Translations under genes and position numbers: made by a program
Assembly: GCF_018977255.1 (NCBI RefSeq)
Contig: NW_024704742.1
Coordinates: 129,458,001 to 129,522,000, forward strand
Direction: 5' to 3'
Length of the DNA stretch: 64,000 nucleotides
Source: Callorhinchus milii
Lineage: Eukaryota
In this document: piece by piece, positions 24,001 through 36,000 of the stretch
Position numbering within the stretch: position 1 is the stretch's first letter
Layout of the letters: each line of letters opens with the position of its first letter
The notes under the pieces: model-generated
The model's input: the letters and a program-made list of their open reading frames with translations, nothing else
The model's database searches: none
What the model was told of the DNA's origin: nothing

Positions 24001-27000
24001 CTCCAATTGACTAACAACCGGGTTCCTACTTACTGTTAGGTAAGCAGGCGTGTGAAGTAAGGAAACTTGCCTAAGGTTCCTGGCCCTGCCCAATAATCGG
24101 ACCTGAGTCGTCTCGCTTGCGAGGCGAGTACTCTAACCAATATAATAGACTGCATTCTGTACATTTTGCAAAGGTCTTTGAAGTGTCTATCTTACGTTAC
24201 GTGAAAGGAGTTCTGTAAATACAAGTTATGATGCTTTTTCTTCTCCAGGCAGTGGCCACAAATTTGCCAGGGTAGCTTGCTGGTGTTTTTATTTTTTCCC
24301 TGATCCGAGAACAAAGCAAAATTGCAAAGCAAAGTTTTACGCATTCCTGGAGCAGAGAAAAAAATGTTGCCCTTTTGACCTACCCATTAATTTTGTTTTT
24401 ACTCGCCATCCTTCCCACTTTCCTTGCCCAAAGGCCTATGACTACTTTCAGAGGTGATTGATGGGCCTGATTATGTTCCACCTTTCTTCGCATTTTCTCC
24501 CAGATATGAGGGACCCCCTCAAAAACTGTAGGCTCCACTTCCCTCATTTCGTCCATCAAGGTACTCTGAAAATAGAAATCAAAATCCTTCCAACGATGTG
24601 TAGCTTGAACTCACAGCCTTCTTTCTGATGCAAAGGCGAGAGTGCTATCAACTGAGCTAGGCTGACACTTAAAGATAATGAACACATAAGTCTTACCCTT
24701 TGCAGTCACGTGCTGCATGGCACTATAATTATAATAATCCTTGCACTTATATAACACCTTATCAAATCTTCGAGACGTCTCAAAGCGCTTCACAGAATAT
24801 ACTGTAAAGTGAATTGACTGTATAGCTTATGGGCAAAATGCACCCACAACTGAGCATGGGATGATTAATGAGGCTGTTAGTTCACTCACTGGATGGGACC
24901 GAACCATAGAGCTTTTCTCTGATCCACTGACTATGGCATTGCTTAGCTCAATATAGCATTTGTTCCATCTCACAGGGTTGTCTTGATGACTCACCAGGTC
25001 ACCAGCAGTGAATCAGATGTAATTGGACCAAATACACAAAGGAGTCCAGAGGATTCCTGGGCTTATTCTAAACCACAAATGTAAAGCGTAAAGGGTTAGA
25101 CAGTAGCTAAAAGTCCCAGTTAATAATAACAAATGGATACTAGATGTTTTCATACAAATATGAATGGACCCTATTCAAAGAGGAGAAAATACTGTGCACT
25201 CAAATCACCTACCAAATTAGCAAAATACGTAAGGCCTCCAAAAGCCATCTGAATCCATAAATCCATAATCTGTACTGCAACATGACTCAAGGGCATATAA
25301 CTGACCAGTCTTTCCTGACTATTGTTATGGCCAAAATCCATATTTATTCCTGATGTATTGGCATTCCATGTTATCTAGAAAAAGAAATGTAAATAGTCTC
25401 AGTCTATCTACTCAGAGCAGCACTTTGAGAACCAGTTCTGTGTAAAGCTGTTGTTTTGCTGTAGTCGTTGTCAAGAAATTGCAGTGTCAATAAAATTATT
25501 TTAAAACGGAATTAGATTTATACTTGTAAGGGAAGGTTATTAAAGGTACGGGAATGAGCAGGAGAATGGGACTACATTAAATGGCTCATGTGGTGAAATA
25601 CCAATGCTACCTTGTATTAATTGTAATAATATTCTATATTCTATAAAGAGTAGTGACTGTACAATTATGGGCAAACAGAGCTGTCAATATACGCACAGCA
25701 ATGTCCCACAGGCATGAAGTTAATAACCAATTTTCTATCAGGGAGTTTGATAGCCAGGACACCAGTAGGAACTTCTTTCTTTTTCCGAATGGTGTTGTGG
25801 GATCGTTAAAGTCTATCTGAACAGGTAAACAGGACCTTGGTTTAACCTCTTGTCCGAAGGATGGCACCTCCAATAATGTAGCATATCCATAGCACTGCAC
25901 TAGTGTGTTAACTCAAAGCTTCAACATGAGGCTTGAACCCACAACCTTCTGACTCAGAGGCCAAAGAGTGAGCCAATTATTCATCACAGTGTAATCCAAG
26001 TGTAACACAGTAATAATAATCATAATCCTTGCATTTGATATAGCACCTTATCAAGTCTTCTAGCTGTCTTAAAGCACTTCACAGAATATACTGTAAAGAG
26101 CCTTTCACATCGGGAGGACGTGCCATTTTTTAAAAAAATGGATAACACATTTGCCACCTTCACTTCTCTGGCACAATTCCTTTCTGCACTGAGTTCTTAA
26201 ATATATATACCATTGCCTCAGCCATCTCCTCCCCAGTTTCTTTAAGGATCCTTTTACCCATGGAATATACATTCAATCCACTTTGCAGTACATTCTGTGA
26301 AGTGCTTTGAGATGTCTCGAAGACAGGATAAGGCGCTGTATGAAATGCAAGGATTATTATTATTATTGCTAGTTGAATCAGATGACCTGTTTCCATGGTG
26401 TACAGTCTGTGTAAATCTATGTAAAACTTACATTATCATGACTGATCATTACTCCTTTAGGAGCTCCTGTACTGCCTGATGTGTATGCTATCAGACAACA
26501 CTGATTAGCATACTGAGAGTCAATAATGTCATCCAGCTGCTTATCTGCTATATCGTTCGACAATTCCATCAACTGCTTCCACTTGAAATGAAGACAAGTA
26601 AAATGTTTATATCTGTTCCTTGAACAATTAACTTATAATAAATAATTATTGAGATGTCTCAAAGCGCTTCACAGCTTTCTTCACAGCACTTTTCACAGAG
26701 AATATACTGTAAAGTGAATTGACTGTATGTTTTGTGGGCAAAACACAGCAGCCAATTGAGCACAGCAGTGGCCCACAAACAGTCGCGGATTGACTGACCA
26801 AATTATTATTATTTTTTTAAGGGATTATTACCCACCAATCGACTAACAATAGGGTTCTTACTTATGCTAGGTAAACAGAGGTGTAGGGAGTAAGGAAACT
26901 TGGCCAAGATTTCGCCCTTCCCGGAAATCAAACCCGGGTCCTCTCATTTGCGAGGCAAGTGCTCTAACCTATACTCTTAATAATAATTTTAATAATCCTT

Positions 27001-30000
27001 AAATTTTATAGCAGCCTTGTCATGTTGTCAAGACATCTTAATGTGCTTCATGGGAACTGTGTGTTTTGTAGGTGAAAGCAGGAGCCAGTTCATTCACAGC
27101 AATGTCCCACAAAGAGCCATGAAGTGAATGACCAATATTATTGGGAGGATTGGTGGGCAGAACACTGGGAGGAATTCCCTTCAAATGACTAGCGGGAACA
27201 CAAATGCCAGCCGAAGTCAGTAAGGAACACTGCATTTTTCGCTCCTGTACCCGAGCATTGAGCAACCTGCTTGACCTCCCCTGCCCTATCTACCTATCTA
27301 TCCCACCATTACCCACCAATCCAGAGGAATATGTTCAAGATCCTCATCCTCACTTTTAAAGCCTTCCATGGTGTTGCTCCACCCTACCTCTGCAGCCATC
27401 TGAAATCCTACCATACTGCCCAATTCATCGCTCGATAGACACTGCTTCAAGTCCCCCGACCCAACCCTCCTACCATCAACAGTCGGGCTTTCAGTCTTTC
27501 TGCCCTCTCTGGAACACCATCCTGGAGTCTCTCCGACTTACTGCTTCCCTCACCTTGTTTATAATAATAATAATCCTTGCATTTTGATATAGCGCTTTTC
27601 ACGTCTTCTAGACGTCCCAAAGCGCTTCACAGAATATACTGTAGAGTGAATTGACTGTATATTTGTGGGTGAACGCAGCAGCGTTCTTTTGGAGGGATTA
27701 TTATTAGGCGTGTGGAGTAAGGAAACTTTCCCAAGGTTTCGCCCTGCCTGGAATTGAACTCAGATCTCTCACTTGCAAAGCAAGTGCTCTAACTACTGAG
27801 CTACAGGACTATTGTCTCAAGACATTCCTCATTTTAGTCATCTTTTATCCTCCCACCCCCAGCTTGGGTGCCAACCCATGACTGTTAAGCACCTTGGGAC
27901 GTCCTCCCAACGTGAAAAACATTATCTAAAAGTAAAGTATATATAAAGTAGTGTTGCATTGAACAAAATTGTCTCAAGGGCACTGACTGTATAAATCTTC
28001 GGATCAGTTGCTTTCTTCCTACCCTTGAGCTGAACAATCGCTTTGAGATGGGGCAATTCATTTTTAACCTAGAGATAAAAATAGCAGGTTAGTCCATTCT
28101 TTTCCTTTCTCCTTACCATTTCTTCCCCTTCTAGAATTCTCATGAAAGCATTTAACTCTGTTCCTGTTCCAAAACACATAGTCAAAAAAAAACCTTAACT
28201 GCATATCCTGTGAAGCGCTGTGAGACGTCTCGACGACATGATAAAGTGCTGTATCATTTGCAAAGATTATTATTGTTATTATTATTGTTATTATTATTAT
28301 CATCATCATCACTGGCACCATATCCAGATGCACTGCACCAAAGATAATAAAAACAATCATAATAATAATCCTTGCATTTGATATAGCACCTTATCACATC
28401 TTAGAGATGTCTCAAAGCGCTTCACAGAATATACTGTAAAGTGAGTTGATTGTATATTCTGTGGGTGAAGAATCCTTAAAGAAACTAGGGAGGAGATGGC
28501 TGGGGCAATGATATATATATATTTAAGAACTCAATGGAGAAAGGAATTGTGGCAGAGAAGTGGAGGTGGCAAATGTGGGAGGATGTTTTTTTTTAAAAAA
28601 GGGATGTCCTCCCGATGTGAAAGACGCTTTAAAAATGTAATTTGTTGTTGTTGTAGATCCAATCCAGGAAGGCAGTTTATCATCAATGGGAAGGAAGATA
28701 TTGGAGTCCATAGTAAATGATGAAACAATAATAATCCTTGCATTTGATATAATACTTTATCATGTTTTTCAGATGTCTCAAAGTGCTTCAGAGAATATAT
28801 TTTAAGTGAATTAACTGTATATTTTATGGGTGAAATGTGACAGCCAATTACGCACAGCAGTGTCTCAAAAACAGCCATGGATTGAGTGACCAAATTATTA
28901 TTAGTGGTTATTACACCGGAGAAGCGATCTGACAATCGACAGTAAACAGAGGCGGGTGAGTAAGGAAACTTGCCTAAGGTCTCATCCTGAATGCGAATTG
29001 AACCCTGGTGCTCTCGCTTGCGAAGCAAGTGCTCTAACCATTACTCTACAGGATTCCATTGTACAGTACGAAGTTACACAGATGTATAAAGTCACTTTTA
29101 TTTAAAAACGAGACCCAAACTAAAATCAAAAAGAAATCATACCTTGAGGACTTTTTCTGCTAATTTGCGATTCTCCACCACTAGAATATTTGCCTTTGTA
29201 TTCAAGGCCAAATGTTGATATGTTTGAGGAGAACTTGTCATGTAAATCCCAACAGATAAGCCACTGCAGTGAAGTGAAAACAAGATTTAGGTAAAATTAT
29301 AACTCTAATTATAAATGAAATCGAAAAGGACCTGGGGGTCCTAATTGACAATAACTTGAAGCTATCACAATACTCGGTAGCAATGAGTAAAGCAAACCAG
29401 ATGTTGGGATGTATGATAAGGTCAATATTGAGCCGAAATAGTAGGGTAATCCTGCCACTTTATAAATCCAACGTACTTGGAATAGTGTGTACAGTTCTGG
29501 TCACCAAGACACTCCAGCAATCCACACCGATTCTTAGTAATACCCTGTCTTTGTTGTGTAGGGTGTCCTTCATACTTCTGCTTAAGTTTCGGGGGTGGTG
29601 GGGGTGAGGTGGAGGGGGTACCAGGAAGGCTTATTGGGGCCAGGACGCTCACCTCATTTAAATAAAACAGCTTGATGCTGTGATGGAAGGACAATAAGGG
29701 TCATTTTGGAAGGATGAGATCAAATGGGCCGAAGGGTCTTCTTCATCATCTTAACCTTTTTTGTGATCAGCAATGATGTGAGTGATCAATGAATATGCAA
29801 ACTTTCAGACACACAGTGGCACTTGCATTACATTTAACACAGCAACATTTAAAGGTGATTTAATCTTTCCTCATAACCAAAGGCCCTCATCCCTGGCACC
29901 TTGTAAAATGTCATCTGCATTCCCTCCGAGGGCTTTACATCATTGCTAAAGTTAGATGCCCAAAACTGAATACATTTCTCCAGGTTCTAACCAATTATTT

Positions 30001-33000
30001 GTAGAAACGTAGCTTTGCTTTTGTATCTAGGCCCCATTTATCAAACCCACAATACTACTAACTTTTTTCATAACCCTGTCCACTTGTGCAGCCAATTCTA
30101 TCTGGGAGATTGTTGGCCAGAGAAACTTCCTTTTTTATTGCCAGAGGATCTTAATGTCCACCTAAACAGATAGACAGGATTTTATTTTTATTTTTATTTT
30201 TAACATCTCATTCACCTCTGACAAAGCCTCACTCCTCCACGGTACCATACTGGATTATTAGCCTAGTCAGACAAAGCCCCAGTGTAGAGCTTGAAGCCAC
30301 AACCTTATGAGTCGGAAATGAGAGCTACCAACTGAGCAAGACTAACACTCTGCTAAACAGCCTCTGTGTAGCATCCTGAAAAAGGAATTCAAATGACCTT
30401 CTATTGTGTGGTTGATTTGTACCATTCACTCCGAGTAGGAAATAGGAACATTCATTCCCTCGAATCTGTTGCACAATTCTATTAGATCATGACTGATCTG
30501 TACCTCAACTTCATTTACCTGCCTTTGCTCCATATCCCTTGATACCCTGATCTAACAAAATCTATCCACCTCAGTCTTGACAAATTTGAATAGATTCAGC
30601 ATCCAAAGTCTGTTGGAGGAGAGAATTCCAGATTTCCACTGCCCTTTGTGTGAAAATGTGCTTTCTGATTTCACTCCTAAATGGTCTAGCTCTAATTTTA
30701 AGATATGTCACCTTGTTCTGGATTCCCCCACCTCCCTGAGGAAATAGTTTCCCTGCATCTAACCTACTGAACCCCTTTATCACTTTAAACACCTCAATCA
30801 GATCACTGCTTAACCTGCTAAACTCAAGGGAATACAAGCCAAGTTTATGCAACCTATCCTCATTATTTAATCCTGGTATCATTCTGGGGAATCTGCGCTG
30901 TACCCTCTCCAAGGCCAATATATTAATAATAAACCTTGCCTTATCAAATCATTAAGACATCTCAAAGCGCTTCATAGAGTACATTGTAAAGTGAATTGCC
31001 TATATATTTGGGGGACGAAAAAAATATTTTTCTTGAAGTGAGAAAACCCGATCAATGCGCAAATGCATAAAATCTGGACGCTTTCGTTATTCCATTACCA
31101 CCTAACCCTTTATAGAAAGAATGGTTTACTACAGATCATTACTTTAGTATGCAAAGACTACTCAAAAGAGAAGCGTTACCCTGCCATAATTGCTCCTATG
31201 TTGGCAAAGAACCACTCTGGGCAGTTGTATGCCATAATACCAACTCCATGGTAGCGGTCAAGTCCAAGCTGTAAACAGAATAAGACAGACATTTTACAAC
31301 AACAATAAAATTACATTTGTAGAGTGCCTTTCACATCGGGAGGACATCCCAAGGCACTGGATCGTCAGAGATTTAGACCCGAGCAGGGGGTTGGGATCAG
31401 GGAGAGTGGAGGGGAGGGAGGGTAGGAGGATGACCGAAGGTGTGGTCGAAAAGCAGGGTCTTGAGATGTGTCTTGAATGAGGCAACGGAGGGAGTGAGGC
31501 AAAGGGAATGTGGGATGGAGTTCCAAAGGGTGGGGGCAGAAAGACTGAAGGCCCAGTCGCCGATAGTGAGGTGGCCCAAGCAGGGAATGGGGAGAAGGCC
31601 AGAGCCTGGTGAGCAGAGAGAACGGACAGGTCTAAATGGAGTTAGCAGGTCACAGAGGTAGGGAAGCACTAGGCCCTGGAGCACAAACTTCTTTTTCTCA
31701 AAAAATAGCCAAAAAAATAAAATCTATTATGAAAGCTTAACGCAAGTGTTGAACTTGTTGAACAACATGTTGAATAACATGGTCTAAAAATATGTGTTTG
31801 AATTCTAAGGAGCCAGACTGACCGTGGGAGTCAGATTTGATCTATGATTCATTTCACTGAAGACTCATCTGAATATCTTTCATATATTTATGAAAGGGGT
31901 AGAACCATACCATTCCGCTTCAAAGACAAACTTTATTTCAAAACTTTTAAAATGTCACTTTAACTTGGACTTGCCTTCAAAAAGCCCTTTGCTGTCATCC
32001 TGCATTTCTCGTAGTAAATAGAGTAGGAAATCCTGTACAAATGTTCATCGCGCTTGTAAGCTAAAGCGATATGGTTGTGATATTTCTCCACTGAGTACTT
32101 GAACATTTGGTGAACAGTGAGAGGATCCTCAGAACCAAGGCCCGATTCCGCCATTCGGATCTTCACTGAATCATTTACTTTTGAAACCCAAAGCTGCTTT
32201 GCAGGGGTAATTCGAATGGAGGATGATACAACAAATGGAATCACTGGAACCATTAAATCTAAAGCAAACCAGGGCACTTCTATCAGTTTATTATTAACAA
32301 TGATAATAATAATAATCCTTGCATTTGATAAAGCGCTTTTCACTTCAGGGTATCTCAAAGCGCTTCATGGGATTTACTGTAAAATATAACGATTGTGTGT
32401 TTTGTAGGCAAACCCGAAAGCCAATTTGATACAGCAACAGCCCACAAACGGCCATGAAATGAATGATCAATTTTATCTGGGGAACTGTTGGCCAGGACAC
32501 CAGGAGAAACTCCTTTCTCTCTTCGAATAGTATCGTGAGATCTTTAATGTCCACCTGCATAGGCAGACAGGACCTCAGTTTAACATCTCATCTAAAGGAC
32601 GGCACCTCAAACAATGCAGCACACCACAGCATTGCAATAAAGTGTCATCTTATACTGTGAGTTCAAAATCCCAAACTGGGGCTGGAACCCACAACCTTTT
32701 GACTCAGGGGCAAGAGTGCTACCTACAACAACAACAACAACAAGATTTCATTTGTAGAGCGCCTTTCATGTCAGAAGGACATCCCAAGGCGCTGGACAGT
32801 TGGGTCAGGACCCGAGCAGGGGGGAAATGGTCAGGGTGAGGGGAGGGAAGGGAGGGAGCGAGGAGGGGGTAGAGAGTCGAGAGAGGAGCTGAAGGCACGG
32901 TCAAAGAGAAAGGTCTTGAGACCGGCCTTCAAGGAGGAAAGGGAGGAAGCAAGGCAAAGGCACTGGGGGATGGAGTTCTAGAGCCTCGGGGCTGATCATA

Positions 33001-36000
33001 TAACCCATGATATAATAATAATCCTTGAATTTACTTTGAATCTTATAACGTTGTTGAGAAGTCTCAAAGCGCTTCACAGAAAATACTGTAAAGTGGATTA
33101 ACTGTATATTTGTGGGTGAAACGTAACAACCAATTGTACACAGCAGTGTCCCACATACAGTCATGGATTGAGTGACCATTTTTTTTTTGAAGGGGTTATT
33201 ACCCCCGGAAATCGAACTGCCAATCGATTAACCAACTGGGCTCCTACTTACTACTAAATAAACAGAGACATGAGGAGTAAGGAAGCCTGCCTAACGTTTT
33301 GCCCAGCCTGGGAATCAAACCCATGTCCTCTCGCTTGCGAGGCGAGTGCTCTAACCACTAAGATACTAAGGAACAATGGGCCTAATTCGAGCAGATAATG
33401 GACTCTAATATACATTCTACAACAGAACATTAAAATTTGGATTAGTGACACAGTAATTACAGCTGCTTGACATCTTGGAAAAATCTGTTAATGCAATTCA
33501 CGTTTGTGTCACTTTTTTTCTCATGTGTTCCCATTCTTTGCATCCTTCCTTGATAGTAGACAAGTAAACAACCTGCTCCTAACACTTTACAATCTTTACA
33601 ATCTCCGGCCTTCTTCTTCCTTCCCTCATGCTATCTATTCTCTATTCTCTCCCCACAATGCCAGTGGAGAGAGGATAGAGAATATGGAAGCTTCCCAGTG
33701 GCTCTTCTCTATACTCTCTCCCCCCGCAGCCCCCACCCTCACCAACCATATAAAGTAACAATCTTGCTTATTTTGGAGCCCTTGTTTTTGAACTCTACAC
33801 AGCAAAAAAATTTAAGTGAGTTCACCACAACAATAAATTATATTTGTATAGCGGCTTTCACGTCTGGAGGACGTCCCAAGGTGCCAGACAGTCAAGGATT
33901 TGCACGTTGTTTAAGGAATACAGTAAACCTCACAGAAGTTGTATCTTTTGGGACCATACATTTAATATGACTTAGGCAAAGTATGAGTTATGTCAAACTT
34001 GCTTGGAATATAAACTGTTGAATTGGACTGTTGGGCAGATGTACAACTTAGGCGATAATATAATAATCTTTGCATTTGATACAGCGCTTTTCACGTCTTC
34101 TAGACGTCTCAAAGCGCTTCACAGAATATGCTGCAAAGTGAATTGACTTTGTGTGGAAACGCAGTAGTCAATTGCGCACAGCAGTGTCCCACAAACAGTC
34201 GTGGATGAGTGACCAATCTTATTATTTTTTTCTTGAGGGATTATTATCTGGCGTGTGGAGTAAGGAAACTTGCCCATGGGTTTGACCTGCTAGGAATCGA
34301 ACCCAGGTCTCTCACTTGCGAGGCGAGTGTTCCAACCACTGAGCTACAGGCGATGATATGATTTACACAGAATTTGTGCGAGTTTTACTGTATTATAGAA
34401 AGAGTGAAGCGGATATTTGCTCATTTCATTTGGCACTTTGACTGTGAACAGTTTTACTCTGCTTCTAACTCAAGCTCTACCTAACCTGATTTTTCTTCAC
34501 TTTTACAGCAAGCATCAAAGCAGTTACACAGGCAGCACAGCATTCCAATACCTTGAACAAAAAGTCAGACATCTTAACCAGAGGTTCTCCTGAAAATATT
34601 TATCAACCTCCCTTTCCTAAACTACAATCCGACAACAACAAATTACATTTATCTAGTGTCAGGTTTGTCCTAAGGCGCTGGACAGTTAAGGGTTTGCACC
34701 CGAGCTGGAGGTTGGAATTAAGAGTGGGGGAGGATGGGGGACCGGGGAGTGGGAGTGGGAGGATGACCGAAGGCACAGTCAAAGAGGAAGTTCTTGAGAC
34801 AGGTCTTGATGGAGGCGAGAGAGGGGGTGAGGAAGAGGGATTCGGTGATGGAATTCCAGGCAGGAAGGCTGAAGCCCAGTCTGCCAATGGTGTGGGACAT
34901 GGAGCATGGGGGACATGGAGCAGGCCAGTGCTTGTTGAATGGAGGGAGCAGTCAGGTTGGGTTGCAGAGGAAGGGAGGAGCACAACAGTGGAGGGCTTTA
35001 CAAGTGAGACCTGTTGGATAGTGGTGGGGCTCCACCTTTTCCCATTCCCTCTAGCCCAGGGACACTAAGGCCAATTGAAGGGCGCCAGTTCCACTTGCCT
35101 GAGATCAGTTACCTTAGTTAGCCCACAGAAAACAAATTATTGTTCTATAGAACATGAATAACCTTTACTCATAGTGTCTTTTTGGGTACAGATGAGAAAG
35201 CCCATCTAGCAGTATTTAAACCAGACCAAGAGTAGCATACATCCCACCTACAATTTGAAAGACCCATGTATTGGAATGGAATGTGCACTCTCCCTGGAGG
35301 GACGCATCCTGTTTACTTAATTCCAGAGAGTATTGGGGCACAAGTCGGTAAGAACCCAGGCTTGGGGACCCCAACATATGCACTGGGGTACTGCTGGAGT
35401 CTAACCAGCTAATCCTGCACACCTTGCAATTGAAAGCATTGCCTAGCAAGCTTTCCTGCTACTAATCCAGCTGGGAACAACCATAGGCTTGGGGACCCCA
35501 GAGAGTGTTTTGGGTTACTGCTAGAACTGAACCAATAAAAAACATACAACAGCTCTGGACAACCCCTACCATTAGGGCTTTGGTTTATAGGGTTATCCTG
35601 AGTGTGAAGAATTCCTGCCCCTGGTCTGTCTGCACAAGATCTGCAGTTGCGCCATCCCAGCTGGTCGGTCATCAGTAGTGCTGTGGAGTACTGCGGACCT
35701 GCGTGGCTCAGTGACTGGACTTCCAGGAAGACTACCAGAGAGGATTGACATTCTGTTGCTAATATTGCCTCCTCGTAGCCAGTTTATCTTATCTCCCCCC
35801 ACCCCTGTTTATCTACCCGCCCTACACTGCCGCACACCCACACACAGACACACTGTAGATGGATCATAAAATGACTGAAGCCCAGGAAAGGGGCTTGTTC
35901 TGAATGAGGAGTGGCGGGGGGATGACAAACAAAAGCTGAAGAAATGTTGGGAGGAGGGGTTAACAGAGAAACAGGTGAAGGGAGGGTAGGGCAAATGAAA

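Larger units (their letters stand above)
26094..28632. repeat. ~270-bp inverted duplication of a SINE-tail/CR1/L2-tail composite (26094-26367 and ~28355-28632)
   Basis: Both arms share the same two chimeric junctions in opposite orientation. Confidence 0.88.

Noticed and set aside
33500..34590. Small AG...GT-bounded minus-strand segments (~34552-34589, ~33502-33548) as extra ACSBG exons
   Set aside because: Phases do not fit singly between 36719 and 32258, and there is no homology support.
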